Source of the DNA: Desulfatiglandales bacterium
GTDB taxonomy: Bacteria; Desulfobacterota; DSM-4660; Desulfatiglandales; Desulfatiglandaceae
Assembly: GCA_963662465.1 (NCBI GenBank)
Contig: OY759599.1
Coordinates: forward strand, 3,392,001 to 3,456,000
DNA length: 64,000 nucleotides
Direction: 5' to 3'
Below the pieces are notes generated by a model. That model was not told where the DNA came from. It saw only the letters and a program-made list of their open reading frames with translations, and ran no database searches. The position numbers and the translations under genes are program-made. Below are positions 38,287-47,174 of the stretch, one piece after another; within the stretch, counting starts at the first letter, position 1; each line of letters begins with the position of its first letter.

Positions 38287-38363
38287 CAAGACGCTTTTTT
38301 CACAGCGTTCTATTGGCATGATTGTTGATTTTTTTTCGAATATCATTACTTTTGCAAAATAGG

Positions 38364-38747
38364 TCATGCTGAAAAACTCATGTTATTGGAGGCTTGCCAT
38401 ATTTCAATGCGGTGTCCTTCCGGATCGAAAATATAAAACACCTGTGCATCCCATGGATGCTTCCTGAGTTCCGTCGGTTTCATACCAGCTTTCTCGGCAT
38501 ATTCCCGTACGGCTTCAATATCATCAACCTCTAACGATATTGTGACGCCTTTACCGCCACAGCTATTGATGGAAGATCGGTTTTCGTCGGCGATGCTCAG
38601 TCTTGACATTGCATTTATGCGAAACTCCACAAACCAATCCGTGGAAAATATAATGGGCAACTTCAGCTTGTCCCGATAGAACCGAACTGTTTTTTTCCAT
38701 TCCTTACAATAAAGAATCGTGTTGGTGGTTATCAAACAATTTTCCAT
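38364..38747 (-). CDS. VOC/glyoxalase-family protein
   Basis: RFYRDKL, ISLEVDDI, HPWDAQVFYIFDPEGHRIEI. Confidence 0.85.
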   Translation of the reverse strand: MENCLITTNTILYCKEWKKTVRFYRDKLKLPIIFSTDWFVEFRINAMSRLSIADENRSSINSCGGKGVTISLEVDDIEAVREYAEKAGMKPTELRKHPWDAQVFYIFDPEGHRIEIWQASNNMSFSA

Positions 38748-38793
38748 CGCCAATTCCTTACACAATAGGCAAAGGCTAACTTTTTTGAGCAAA

Positions 38794-39348
38794 TCATGGC
38801 TCCGGATATTTTCCTTGGGATTCTGCTCCGTCGACCACAGCCTTGTATTTCTCGTGAATCATCTTCCGGTCAAACTCCCAGAACTCCTCGAGCATGGACT
38901 GGTCCTCTTCATCTGTGAAATAGGATCTGGATGCCGGGAAGAAGATTTTATCTTCTTTTTGGATATGTTTGGGGTAGAACCCCACAAGCGTCTGAAGCTT
39001 GCTGACAATGTCCGCCAACGCGGATTCATCGCCGTTGCGATACCGTGTGTTGGCTTCAACAAGGGCTTTGGTGGTCTGCCGCCCAAAGACATGCTCTTCG
39101 AAAAGCTCCTTCATGAGACGCTTGTCTTCGGCGGACAATGACCGTTTGCTCAGGTTTCGAAAGAGGATGTCCTCTTCTTTGCCGTGATGCGTCCTGTCGG
39201 CGTAGGTGCGAATGAAATCAACCGCTGTATCCACGAACAAAGGATCAACCTTGCGTGTTGATTCGATTTGAACCAGAGCATCCTTGACAATCAACAGCAT
39301 CCGTTCGATCAGGCGATGCTCTATCATGAGTGGACCACGTGCTTGCAT
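38794..39348 (-). CDS. Hemerythrin-domain (HHE) protein
   Basis: LMIEHRLIER, HHGKEEDILF, EEHVFGR, HIQKEDKIFFP. Confidence 0.88.
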   Translation of the reverse strand: MQARGPLMIEHRLIERMLLIVKDALVQIESTRKVDPLFVDTAVDFIRTYADRTHHGKEEDILFRNLSKRSLSAEDKRLMKELFEEHVFGRQTTKALVEANTRYRNGDESALADIVSKLQTLVGFYPKHIQKEDKIFFPASRSYFTDEEDQSMLEEFWEFDRKMIHEKYKAVVDGAESQGKYPEP

Positions 39349-39459
39349 GTTTGCTTCCTCCTCTACTTTAAATCTCAGAGCAAGTAATTGCATCGATTTT
39401 TGCCCCCGACTTCCAGAATTGGCCATCCTGTTCGGGTATTTCATTTCCGGTAATCATTG

Positions 39460-40638
39460 CTACACGAAATGATGCTCCTTGTGTTTTGCTGAAATAGCGG
39501 CAGCCAGGTCATCCAGCGCTTTGAAATCCTTTTCTGAAGGCGCCCCTTTGCAAAGGACCGGTTCTATGACTTCCACCTTGAGGTTGGGGATCATTCCCGC
39601 CAGTGTTTCCACCGTCTTCCCGCCCCATCCATAGGAACCGATGATGGAAAGAAATTTTGTTTTGGGTCGCAGTGCATTTGCCAGAAGCGCGGCGTAGGCC
39701 GCATACGGATGAGGGCCTGCCAAAATGGTAGGGGTGCCGATAACGATTGTCGCCGCATCAACCAGGGCCATGGCAAGCTTGCCGACATCGCTTACGGCCA
39801 GGTTGAACTGCTCGACCCTGACGCCATTTTCCACAAGGGCGCCGACAAAATGGTCAACCATTAACTTCGTGCTTTCATGCATGGACACGTAAGGCAGAAC
39901 CACCGTATTTCCGGGGGGAGAGGAAACCCAATCGCGGTAGGCATCCATGATAAATGCGGGATTATTGATGATCTGACCATGGCCGGGAGCGATCATTTCG
40001 ATATCATAGGGCGCAAGTTTCTCCAAATCTTTTTTGATGACGCTTCTGAAAGGCATCATGATTTCGGCAAAATAACGCTTGGCCGCCTCATGGAAGCGAC
40101 CTTCATCCGTGACAAAGAGGTCGCTTGTTGCAATATGGGAACCGAAAAAATCACAACTGAAAAGGATTTTGTCTTCTTCCAGATAGGTCGCCATGGTCTC
40201 CGGCCAGTGAACCCAGGGAACATGTATAAACCGGAGGGTCTTGTCCCCCAGTGAGAGGGTTTCGCCATCCTCGACGGTCATGAAAGATGCCTCGGGTATT
40301 TGAAGAAGATCTCCCAGCATTCCTTTCGCCTTGGGGGTTGATATGACCTTTGCGCCGGGGTATTTTGCCAGCACCTGGGGAATTGTTCCCGAGTGATCCT
40401 GCTCAGCATGCTGTGAAACGATGTAATCGATCTTTTTGACCCCCTCGAGCTGAGACACCAACTCATGGGCCATGGGAGGATCAACTGAATCCAGCAAAGC
40501 GGTTTTCTCACTTCCTTCAATAAGATAGGCGTTATAGGTCGTGCCATCCGGAAGGGGAACCAACGCATCGAACAGACGCCTGTCCCAATCCACGGAGCCC
40601 ATCCAGTAAATACGGTCTTTAATTTTTCTTGCCTTCAT
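39460..40638 (-). CDS. fprA: Flavodiiron protein (class A; NO/O2 reductase)
   Basis: GTTYNAYL, HAEQDHSG, HWPE, SCDFFG, APGHG; flavodoxin GSYGWGG. Confidence 0.93.
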   Translation of the reverse strand: MKARKIKDRIYWMGSVDWDRRLFDALVPLPDGTTYNAYLIEGSEKTALLDSVDPPMAHELVSQLEGVKKIDYIVSQHAEQDHSGTIPQVLAKYPGAKVISTPKAKGMLGDLLQIPEASFMTVEDGETLSLGDKTLRFIHVPWVHWPETMATYLEEDKILFSCDFFGSHIATSDLFVTDEGRFHEAAKRYFAEIMMPFRSVIKKDLEKLAPYDIEMIAPGHGQIINNPAFIMDAYRDWVSSPPGNTVVLPYVSMHESTKLMVDHFVGALVENGVRVEQFNLAVSDVGKLAMALVDAATIVIGTPTILAGPHPYAAYAALLANALRPKTKFLSIIGSYGWGGKTVETLAGMIPNLKVEVIEPVLCKGAPSEKDFKALDDLAAAISAKHKEHHFV

Positions 40639-40675
40639 GATAATTTCTCCTTTTCATAGGTTAATATCTTTGTCA

Positions 40676-40718
40676 AAAATACCGCTCATTTCTTCCGGCG
40701 TCTTTGCGCCGGCGCAAA
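40676..40718 (-). promoter_or_regulatory. Class II Crp/Fnr-activated promoter of fprA (NnrR-type box plus -10)
   Basis: Box at 40703-40718; -10 TATTTT at 40681-40676 places the box centre at -41.5. Confidence 0.72.
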
Positions 40719-40759
40719 CAATACACCTTTTATTTCATCCCCTCAGTCATATTGTTTTC

Positions 40760-41443
40760 TTATAAATATTCGAGCAAATCCCGGAACCTTCGCCACTGCA
40801 ACACCAAAAGGATGCATAAAACGATGCTAATGATAATGCTTGCGATTCCGATATAGGAGCTTATTTTATACCGAATCTGTTCTGTATGGGTTATGTTTTT
40901 CACGATGTGGATCTGCATCTGATACAATTCATCAATTTTATTTGTAATCGGATCAACAGTTTGATAGAGGTCTTCCCTGATAAAGCGCGCAAGCGCTCTA
41001 CGGTCTTCATTTAGAAGAATGCTGTTCAATTTCATCGCCATCTCGTCAGCCGCTTTAAATAATAATTGCAGGCGGTCAACCACCTCTTTTTCTTCCTCAA
41101 CAAGGTATGTATGGATGTATTCATCCCACAAATCCGGAATTCTCTTTCTGGCGCCTTCTAAGCATTTTCTCCCTTCATGCCACGATATAATATCGTTAAA
41201 AACCTTGTTTGCGGCGTCGACCATGTTTATTGCGTATATGTCGGAAATCATCTTTAACTGTTTTAACGGCTTAACGCGATCTTCATAAACAGTTTCGAGA
41301 CCCATATTTATGATTTTCACATTACTTAACTTCAAAATTCCCAATCCGGCGCCAAATGATACAAAGGTCATTACTAAAAAAATGATAAATAGCCTTCTCT
41401 TTATCTTTGCATATTTATCATAGAAGATATGGTTTTTCGGCAT
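40760..41443 (-). CDS. Stand-alone 4HB_MCP sensor domain between two TM helices
   Basis: GLETVYEDRVKPLKQLK...YAINMVDA...W; no cytoplasmic output domain. Confidence 0.75.
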   Translation of the reverse strand: MPKNHIFYDKYAKIKRRLFIIFLVMTFVSFGAGLGILKLSNVKIINMGLETVYEDRVKPLKQLKMISDIYAINMVDAANKVFNDIISWHEGRKCLEGARKRIPDLWDEYIHTYLVEEEKEVVDRLQLLFKAADEMAMKLNSILLNEDRRALARFIREDLYQTVDPITNKIDELYQMQIHIVKNITHTEQIRYKISSYIGIASIIISIVLCILLVLQWRRFRDLLEYL

Positions 41444-41498
41444 CTTTTTTTCCCATGCTCACTGATTGACCACCAAATTCATACGCTGTGAAATTTCC

Positions 41499-41951
41499 TT
41501 ATGTGCGGTTTTTTTCCTGATCATCTCGTTCGCCAAAAACAGCAATCTCCGCGCAAAGTTTTTTCACTGCGTTTTCAAAAATGGATGGATGTGGTATCAT
41601 CTTTAATCTTTCAGTTACGTTTCGTATTGACATGATTATTTTACCGCCAAAATCGTCTTGCCGATTTTTCAGCATTTGAATTAACGCATCGCCGGCAAGA
41701 ATTCTGGCGTCGTAGTAAGTGTTGTCATCGTCCAGTATGCTGAGAACCTGGTGAATCAACTGATGGGACGGGCGTTGAATCTCTCCGACCCGTTTTAGCA
41801 CCTCCTCGCGAAGCCGCCAGTTTCCCTTGTGTTTCAGTATCCGAATCAGACCGGCCTGACATTCCGGTAGTTTGCCGGCGTTCGCCAGTTCATCAAGGAT
41901 ATCCAGAACCGCCTCCCAATTATTGAGGTCTCCAAAGGGATCTTGCTTCAT
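41499..41951 (-). CDS. Hypothetical helical (HEAT-like) protein
   Basis: NWRLREEVL and YYDARILAGDAL repeats; translationally coupled to the antiporter stop. Confidence 0.65.
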   Translation of the reverse strand: MKQDPFGDLNNWEAVLDILDELANAGKLPECQAGLIRILKHKGNWRLREEVLKRVGEIQRPSHQLIHQVLSILDDDNTYYDARILAGDALIQMLKNRQDDFGGKIIMSIRNVTERLKMIPHPSIFENAVKKLCAEIAVFGERDDQEKNRT

Positions 41952-42960
41952 TGAACTGCTCCTTCGCAGGCATCGTCCTTACGCAGTGAAGACGATGCCA
42001 TGAGAAAAAATGAATTCCTGTCCTGGTCATTTCCGATAATCGCGACCAGGTCTTCAGGCTCCAAAACAAAGTCGGCATCGGGATTGGCTTTTAAGACGCC
42101 TTCCCGGACAACGCCGACGATGGATACCCCCGTTTTTTTGCGTATTTCGCTCTTGTCGATCGTCCCATGGGCCATGGGACTTTCCTGCGCCAAACGGACC
42201 CATTGCAAATCGAATTGTTGCTCGGCGCCTCGGAGTTGGGACAATAAGCGATACTTGTCATTGTTATTAAGCAAAGCGGCATAGCGTTCCTGTCGAATGG
42301 TATCCGTGTGGCGTTGGACTTCCGTCGGCGGAACCCTCAAATGGAGAAGGGCCTGTCGCGTCATTTCGAGGCCCGCCTCGAATTCCGGAAGAACGATTTG
42401 CGCCACCCCCAGATCTTTAAAAACATCGAAATAATCCGGGCCGGATGCTCGTGCAATTATTTCGAGCCTCTCATTTAGCCGTTTCGACTGAACCAGGGTC
42501 GATTTGGCAGCCACAACCCCGGGGATGGTTAAGATCAGAAGGGTCGCATCTTTGATTCCTGCCGCTTCAAGAACAATTTCCTGGCCGGCATCGCCATATA
42601 CAATAGCCAAACCAGCCGCCTTGGCTTGTTCAAAGCGCCGGTGGTCAAGCTCTATAATTACAAATGGCATACCGACCCGCTTCATGACCGTTGCTATCTG
42701 AAAACCCAACCTTCAACGCTAATCAAAACTGAACCAAGTTTGCTAATGGAAATTGAACCATTGGCTGTCACCGCCGGTGAGTACGGCCCTCAGGTATAGC
42801 GGACGATGAGGGATCCATAAGTGGCGGCAAAGGAGTCGTTGATGTAGATTTACTTTTCAATAAATTTTTATAAAATCTATTTTCTTTGGATTTGGTTTTC
42901 TTCTTCCAAGACAGAGGCTTGGTTAAGTGGAAATGCGATTTACTTTGTAGAATGGATGGT

Positions 42961-42996
42961 GAAGGCCCGAAGTAGCCGCTTCGGGCCTTCTTTTTT
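42961..42996 (+). terminator. Intrinsic terminator/attenuator in the IS leader
   Basis: GAAGGCCCGAAG-tagccg-CTTCGGGCCTTC followed by T6. Confidence 0.75.
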
Positions 42997-43072
42997 GACC
43001 ACCGGATAGAGCCGGAAGCCACACACACGCCAATTTTATATAAGTGTGTTTCCGGCCAATTGCAAGGCTGGA

Positions 43073-43489
43073 ATGATGGGAGATGTCCTTTTAAGAGTGG
43101 TTCAATGCCGATGTTGTGGTTGCTTTTTTCACGTCTGTCGGTCGTGTTGGCGTGGCCAGGCCTATTGTGGGGAACGATGTCGCAGGATACGCCAAAGACA
43201 GCTGCACCGGAAAGCTCAGGGGAAATACCGCAATTCGAAAAAAGGGAAAGAGCGCCGTCGTTTGTACGAAAAAACAAAAAAATCCAAAAAAAATGGACTG
43301 AACCCTGGTGATGATAGTTCAACACCTCAAAAAGACTGTGATATTGAACCCAAAAAGCGGTCGGGGAACCGACCCAGCTGTCTTTTTTGCGGGTCGATCG
43401 GGGTTGTTGTGGACCATTTTCCTCGCCGTGCTTATGCAGGGAGGGTTTTTTCAGATGTAACAGGCTTTGAGAAAACCCCATATCCATGA
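43073..43489 (+). CDS. Basic Cys-rich (Zn-finger) protein, IS passenger
   Basis: CRCC..CRSCWRGQAYCGERC, an R/K-rich helix and CLFC. Confidence 0.75.
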   Translation: MMGDVLLRVVQCRCCGCFFHVCRSCWRGQAYCGERCRRIRQRQLHRKAQGKYRNSKKGKERRRLYEKTKKSKKNGLNPGDDSSTPQKDCDIEPKKRSGNRPSCLFCGSIGVVVDHFPRRAYAGRVFSDVTGFEKTPYP

Positions 43490-43501
43490 CAGGAGAAAAA
43501 A

Positions 43502-43921
43502 ATGATCAAAAAAAGAGTCCTTTTTCCCGAAAGAGTGCGTGTCATCAATGGAAGCTTCGGCTTTCTGGAGCATCGTTTTTTGAGAAACGGCTTTTGGGAG
43601 AGCCTGAATCATCATGAGCTGCTGCTCTACATTTTTCTGGTGTTGGTATCTGACAAAAACGGGCTCTCTTATTATGGTTACGACAGAATCTGCCGGATTT
43701 TAAAGGTGCATTTGGATCAATATATCGATGCCCGCGATGGCTTGTTGGACAAGGATCTGATTGGGTTTGATGGCCGTCTGTTTCAGGTTCTTTCGCTTCC
43801 CAGACGTCCTGTGATTGTGAAACAGGTAAAGGAGATCCGGCAAGGAAATTGGGTCAGTCTTGGAGAAACCATAGAGGAAATCTTTCGGGAGACTGGGTAT
43901 GGAATCCATCCGAACCGTTGA
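43502..43921 (+). CDS. Winged-HTH-like protein, IS passenger
   Basis: AGGAG RBS; LLLYIFLVLVSDKNGLSYYGYDRIC..L resembles the N terminus of replication-type wHTH proteins. Confidence 0.7.
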   Translation: MIKKRVLFPERVRVINGSFGFLEHRFLRNGFWESLNHHELLLYIFLVLVSDKNGLSYYGYDRICRILKVHLDQYIDARDGLLDKDLIGFDGRLFQVLSLPRRPVIVKQVKEIRQGNWVSLGETIEEIFRETGYGIHPNR

Positions 43922-44783
43922 TATTCATTTGCTGGAGTTGCGTTACGCTCATTGCCGGATAATGAATCACCAGGCTTTAAAGCGATTGAGGGATTCCATC
44001 GAAACTTACGGGCAGATCGTTCCGGCCCTGGCTATTGAAGAAAAAGACAAACTGATTCTGATTGATGGCTACCTGCGTGTTCGAGCGCTTTGTGCTTGTG
44101 GAAAGGACCGGATATGTGTCCAATTCTCAAAAGAAAACGAACAAAATGCCATGTTTTCGCTTTTAACCAAGGCCAATGAACGGCAATGGGAAGTCATTGA
44201 GCAGTCTGTTTTACTTCAGGAATTACATCGGCGTTTTGGGTGCAGCCTCTCCCATATTGCAACCCGAATAGGGCGCGACAAGAGTTTTGTAAAACGGCGG
44301 CTGGACCTGGTTGAAGCCCTGCCGGAAAATATTTTGAGAACCGTGATTGCAGGCTCACTTTCAACCTGGGCTGCCAGCCGTGTCATGGCGCCGTTGGCGC
44401 GCGCCAACGGTGAAGACGCACAAAAACTGTTGGCCCACCTGGAAAAAGAACCTCTATCCACAAGGGAACTGGCCCGTTTCTACGCACATTACCAGAAAAG
44501 CAACCGGTCTGTTCGAGACCACATGCTGGAAAATCCATCCCTTTTCATAAAAGTTCTCGAACAAAGAACCCAGTCTAAACAAGCCAAAGAAGTTCATGAT
44601 GGACCGGAAGGCAAATGGTTCAAGGATATTGAAATGGTATATGCGGTTCTCAAACGTCTGGTGAAAACCGTTTCGCATGTCCATTACCCAAAAAGCGATC
44701 AGTTGAAGAAACAAACGCTCAAAACCTGGGTGAAAAAGATAGAAAAACAAGCACTGGAACTCAAGAAAGCGACCCAATTATGA
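43899..44783 (+). CDS. ParB/Spo0J-like protein, IS passenger
   Basis: LRDSIETYGQIVP, LIDGYLRVRAL (GxxRxxA) and HTH SLSHIATRIGRDKSFVKRRL. Confidence 0.85.
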   Translation: MESIRTVDIHLLELRYAHCRIMNHQALKRLRDSIETYGQIVPALAIEEKDKLILIDGYLRVRALCACGKDRICVQFSKENEQNAMFSLLTKANERQWEVIEQSVLLQELHRRFGCSLSHIATRIGRDKSFVKRRLDLVEALPENILRTVIAGSLSTWAASRVMAPLARANGEDAQKLLAHLEKEPLSTRELARFYAHYQKSNRSVRDHMLENPSLFIKVLEQRTQSKQAKEVHDGPEGKWFKDIEMVYAVLKRLVKTVSHVHYPKSDQLKKQTLKTWVKKIEKQALELKKATQL

Positions 44784-46162
44784 TCCGACAATCCAAAAAA
44801 GATGCCATTGTGGAATTGAAAAAAACCGGCATGAGTTTGCGCGACATCGCCAAAACCCTGAAGGCCGGTCGCAATACCGTCACGAAGGTTTTAGATGATC
44901 ATGACGAAGAGGCGGTACCCCAAAGGAACTCCCGGTATGAAGAACATGTCCCGTTGATCCGCGAGCTTTTCAAGGAATGTAAAGGAAATGCCGTGCGAGT
45001 AGCCGAGGAACTGGAAAGCCGCCAACAGATCAAAATCCCTTATCAGAGTCTGACCTGGATTATGAGAAAGTACGAGATCCGGGAACGTAAAAAAAGACGG
45101 GCGGGCCAATACCATTTTAAACCCGGTCAGGAGATGCAGCATGATACGTCACCCCATCTGGTTGTCATTAATGGGAAAAAAATGTCGACCCAGTGCGCGT
45201 CCCTGACCCTGGCCTTTTGCCGAAGGATTTTTATTCAGTATTACCCCTGTTTTACCCGGTTTGAGTGCAAGGTTTTCCTAAAAAAAGCATTCGAGTTTAT
45301 GGACGGGGTGTGTTCCCGGTGCATGGTTGACAACACCAATGTTATTGTGGCCGGCGGCACCGGGCCTGATGCATTGATTGCGCCTGAAATGAAATACTTC
45401 GGCGATATGTATGGAACCCGGTTTGAGGCCCATGCTGTAGGAGACGCCAATCGAAGTGCCCGTGTGGAAAGGCCTTTTCATTTTGTGGAAAACAATTTTC
45501 TTCCCGGTAGAACATTTGTTAGCTGGCAGGATTTGAACCGGCAGGCAATCGACTGGTGCCGGAATACAAGCGATAAAAAGTTTAAACGGGCTTTAGGGAT
45601 GACGCCGGATGAGGCCTATGTCATTGAAAAGCCATATCTCATTGATTTACCGGCATACCAGCCGCCAGTCTATGTGGCAGAACACAGGGTAGCCGATGTT
45701 CAGGGATATGTGCACTTGGACACCAACCGCTATTCAGTCCCTGAAGCGCTGATTGGGAACTCCCTGGAAGTACAGAAACATTGGCTCAAGGTCATCGTTT
45801 ACGACAAAAACACAAAAGTGGCGGAACATGACCGCATACTGGATAAACGCAACACCCGAACAACCCTGCCCGGTCACCATGTTCCCATTCGAAGAAAAAA
45901 AGATCCCCGAATCCCTTCAAAAGAAGAACAGCTGTTGACGGGAGAGGATGCCATCCTGGATGAGTATGTGGCTGAACTGAAGAAAAGAAGTCACGGTCGC
46001 GGTGTGGTCAAGTTACGTCGGTTGCTTCATCTGAAACGCACTTATCCCGGGGAACCTTTTTTGAAAGCCATAACACAGGCGCTTAAATATGGACTTTTTG
46101 ATTTGTCGCGTCTGGAAAACATTATTCTCGATTATATCGCGGGAGACTTTTTTGATCTATGA
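44780..46162 (+). CDS. istA: IS21 DDE transposase
   Basis: N-terminal HTH; PGQEMQHD, VDN, SARVER; DTNRYSVP beta domain. Confidence 0.92.
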   Translation: MIRQSKKDAIVELKKTGMSLRDIAKTLKAGRNTVTKVLDDHDEEAVPQRNSRYEEHVPLIRELFKECKGNAVRVAEELESRQQIKIPYQSLTWIMRKYEIRERKKRRAGQYHFKPGQEMQHDTSPHLVVINGKKMSTQCASLTLAFCRRIFIQYYPCFTRFECKVFLKKAFEFMDGVCSRCMVDNTNVIVAGGTGPDALIAPEMKYFGDMYGTRFEAHAVGDANRSARVERPFHFVENNFLPGRTFVSWQDLNRQAIDWCRNTSDKKFKRALGMTPDEAYVIEKPYLIDLPAYQPPVYVAEHRVADVQGYVHLDTNRYSVPEALIGNSLEVQKHWLKVIVYDKNTKVAEHDRILDKRNTRTTLPGHHVPIRRKKDPRIPSKEEQLLTGEDAILDEYVAELKKRSHGRGVVKLRRLLHLKRTYPGEPFLKAITQALKYGLFDLSRLENIILDYIAGDFFDL

Positions 46163-46878
46163 AAAAGAAAATTGAACAGTTACTCATTGATTTGAAGTTT
46201 AAAGGCATGCTGAAGGCTCTCGAAGAACAGTTGGCTTCGGCTGAAAAGAACGGTTTTTCCATTCACGAGGTCATCTACAATCTCCTGGCTGAGGAATTAC
46301 GTTTCCGGCAGGAGCGCAGCATGATCTATCGGGTCCAGATTGCAAAGCTTCCATGGGAATGGACCCTCAACTCCTTTCCGTTTGATCTTCAGCCGGGAAT
46401 ACAGAAGAGCCGGATCATGACGTTGTCCGGCCTTGACTTTATCAGCCGAAGAGAAAACATCGTGTTCCATGGAAAAACCGGCGTCGGCAAAACGGGATTG
46501 GCCGTGGGGATCCTTCGTCAAGCCATTATTGCCGGGTACCGGGGGCGTTTTTATAATGTTCAGGATTTGCTGGATCAGCTCTATGCGTCTTTGGCAGATC
46601 GGTCCACCCCGAAACTCCTCAATGCCCTTTGCAGATATGACCTGCTTCTGCTCGATGAACTGGGATACCTGACCCTCAAAAAAGAGCAGATGAACGCCTT
46701 TTTTAAACTCATGAAAGATCGCTATGAAGCCGGTCGGTCCACAATTATTACGACCAATCTTCAACCTGAACAATGGTATTCGCTGCTTGAACCAAAGGAC
46801 ATGGTCGATGCCTTGCTGGATCGTCTCAACCATCGCTGCATCAACATTCATATTGATGGTCCTTCCCTCAGAAAATGA
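46159..46878 (+). CDS. istB: IS21 helper AAA+ ATPase
   Basis: GKTGVGKT, LLLLDELGY, STIITTN, ALLDRL. Confidence 0.95.
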   Translation: MKKKIEQLLIDLKFKGMLKALEEQLASAEKNGFSIHEVIYNLLAEELRFRQERSMIYRVQIAKLPWEWTLNSFPFDLQPGIQKSRIMTLSGLDFISRRENIVFHGKTGVGKTGLAVGILRQAIIAGYRGRFYNVQDLLDQLYASLADRSTPKLLNALCRYDLLLLDELGYLTLKKEQMNAFFKLMKDRYEAGRSTIITTNLQPEQWYSLLEPKDMVDALLDRLNHRCINIHIDGPSLRK

Positions 46879-46976
46879 GATGTTCGCCAAAGGGCCGGTT
46901 TTGAGGTCTGAATATCACCGGTCTGTTTGAATCTCGTTACACGAATATCAGAAATTACCTTGTCTTGGAGCTTGAA

Positions 46977-47174
46977 ATGAGAGGTGGAAAACGGGTAGGC
47001 GCCGGCCGAAGAAAGAAACCGGAACATTTGAGACGTGAACTGCTCACCATTCGTCTCCCCAAATGGATGATTCTACAGCTGAAAAAAAACGGGGAAATTG
47101 GATATTTGATTGAGGATCAATTGGCGAAGGGAGGCCTCCTGAATTTACCGGACGACTATGACATAGACAAATAG
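46977..47174 (+). CDS. Small putative DNA-binding protein, IS passenger
   Basis: RGGKRVGAGR motif followed by an RHH-like TIRLP; GGAG RBS. Confidence 0.6.
   Translation: MRGGKRVGAGRRKKPEHLRRELLTIRLPKWMILQLKKNGEIGYLIEDQLAKGGLLNLPDDYDIDK

Noticed and set aside
38314..38330. Sigma54-like TGGCATGATTGTTGAT
   Set aside because: The -12 element is GA rather than GC, and no + strand gene follows.
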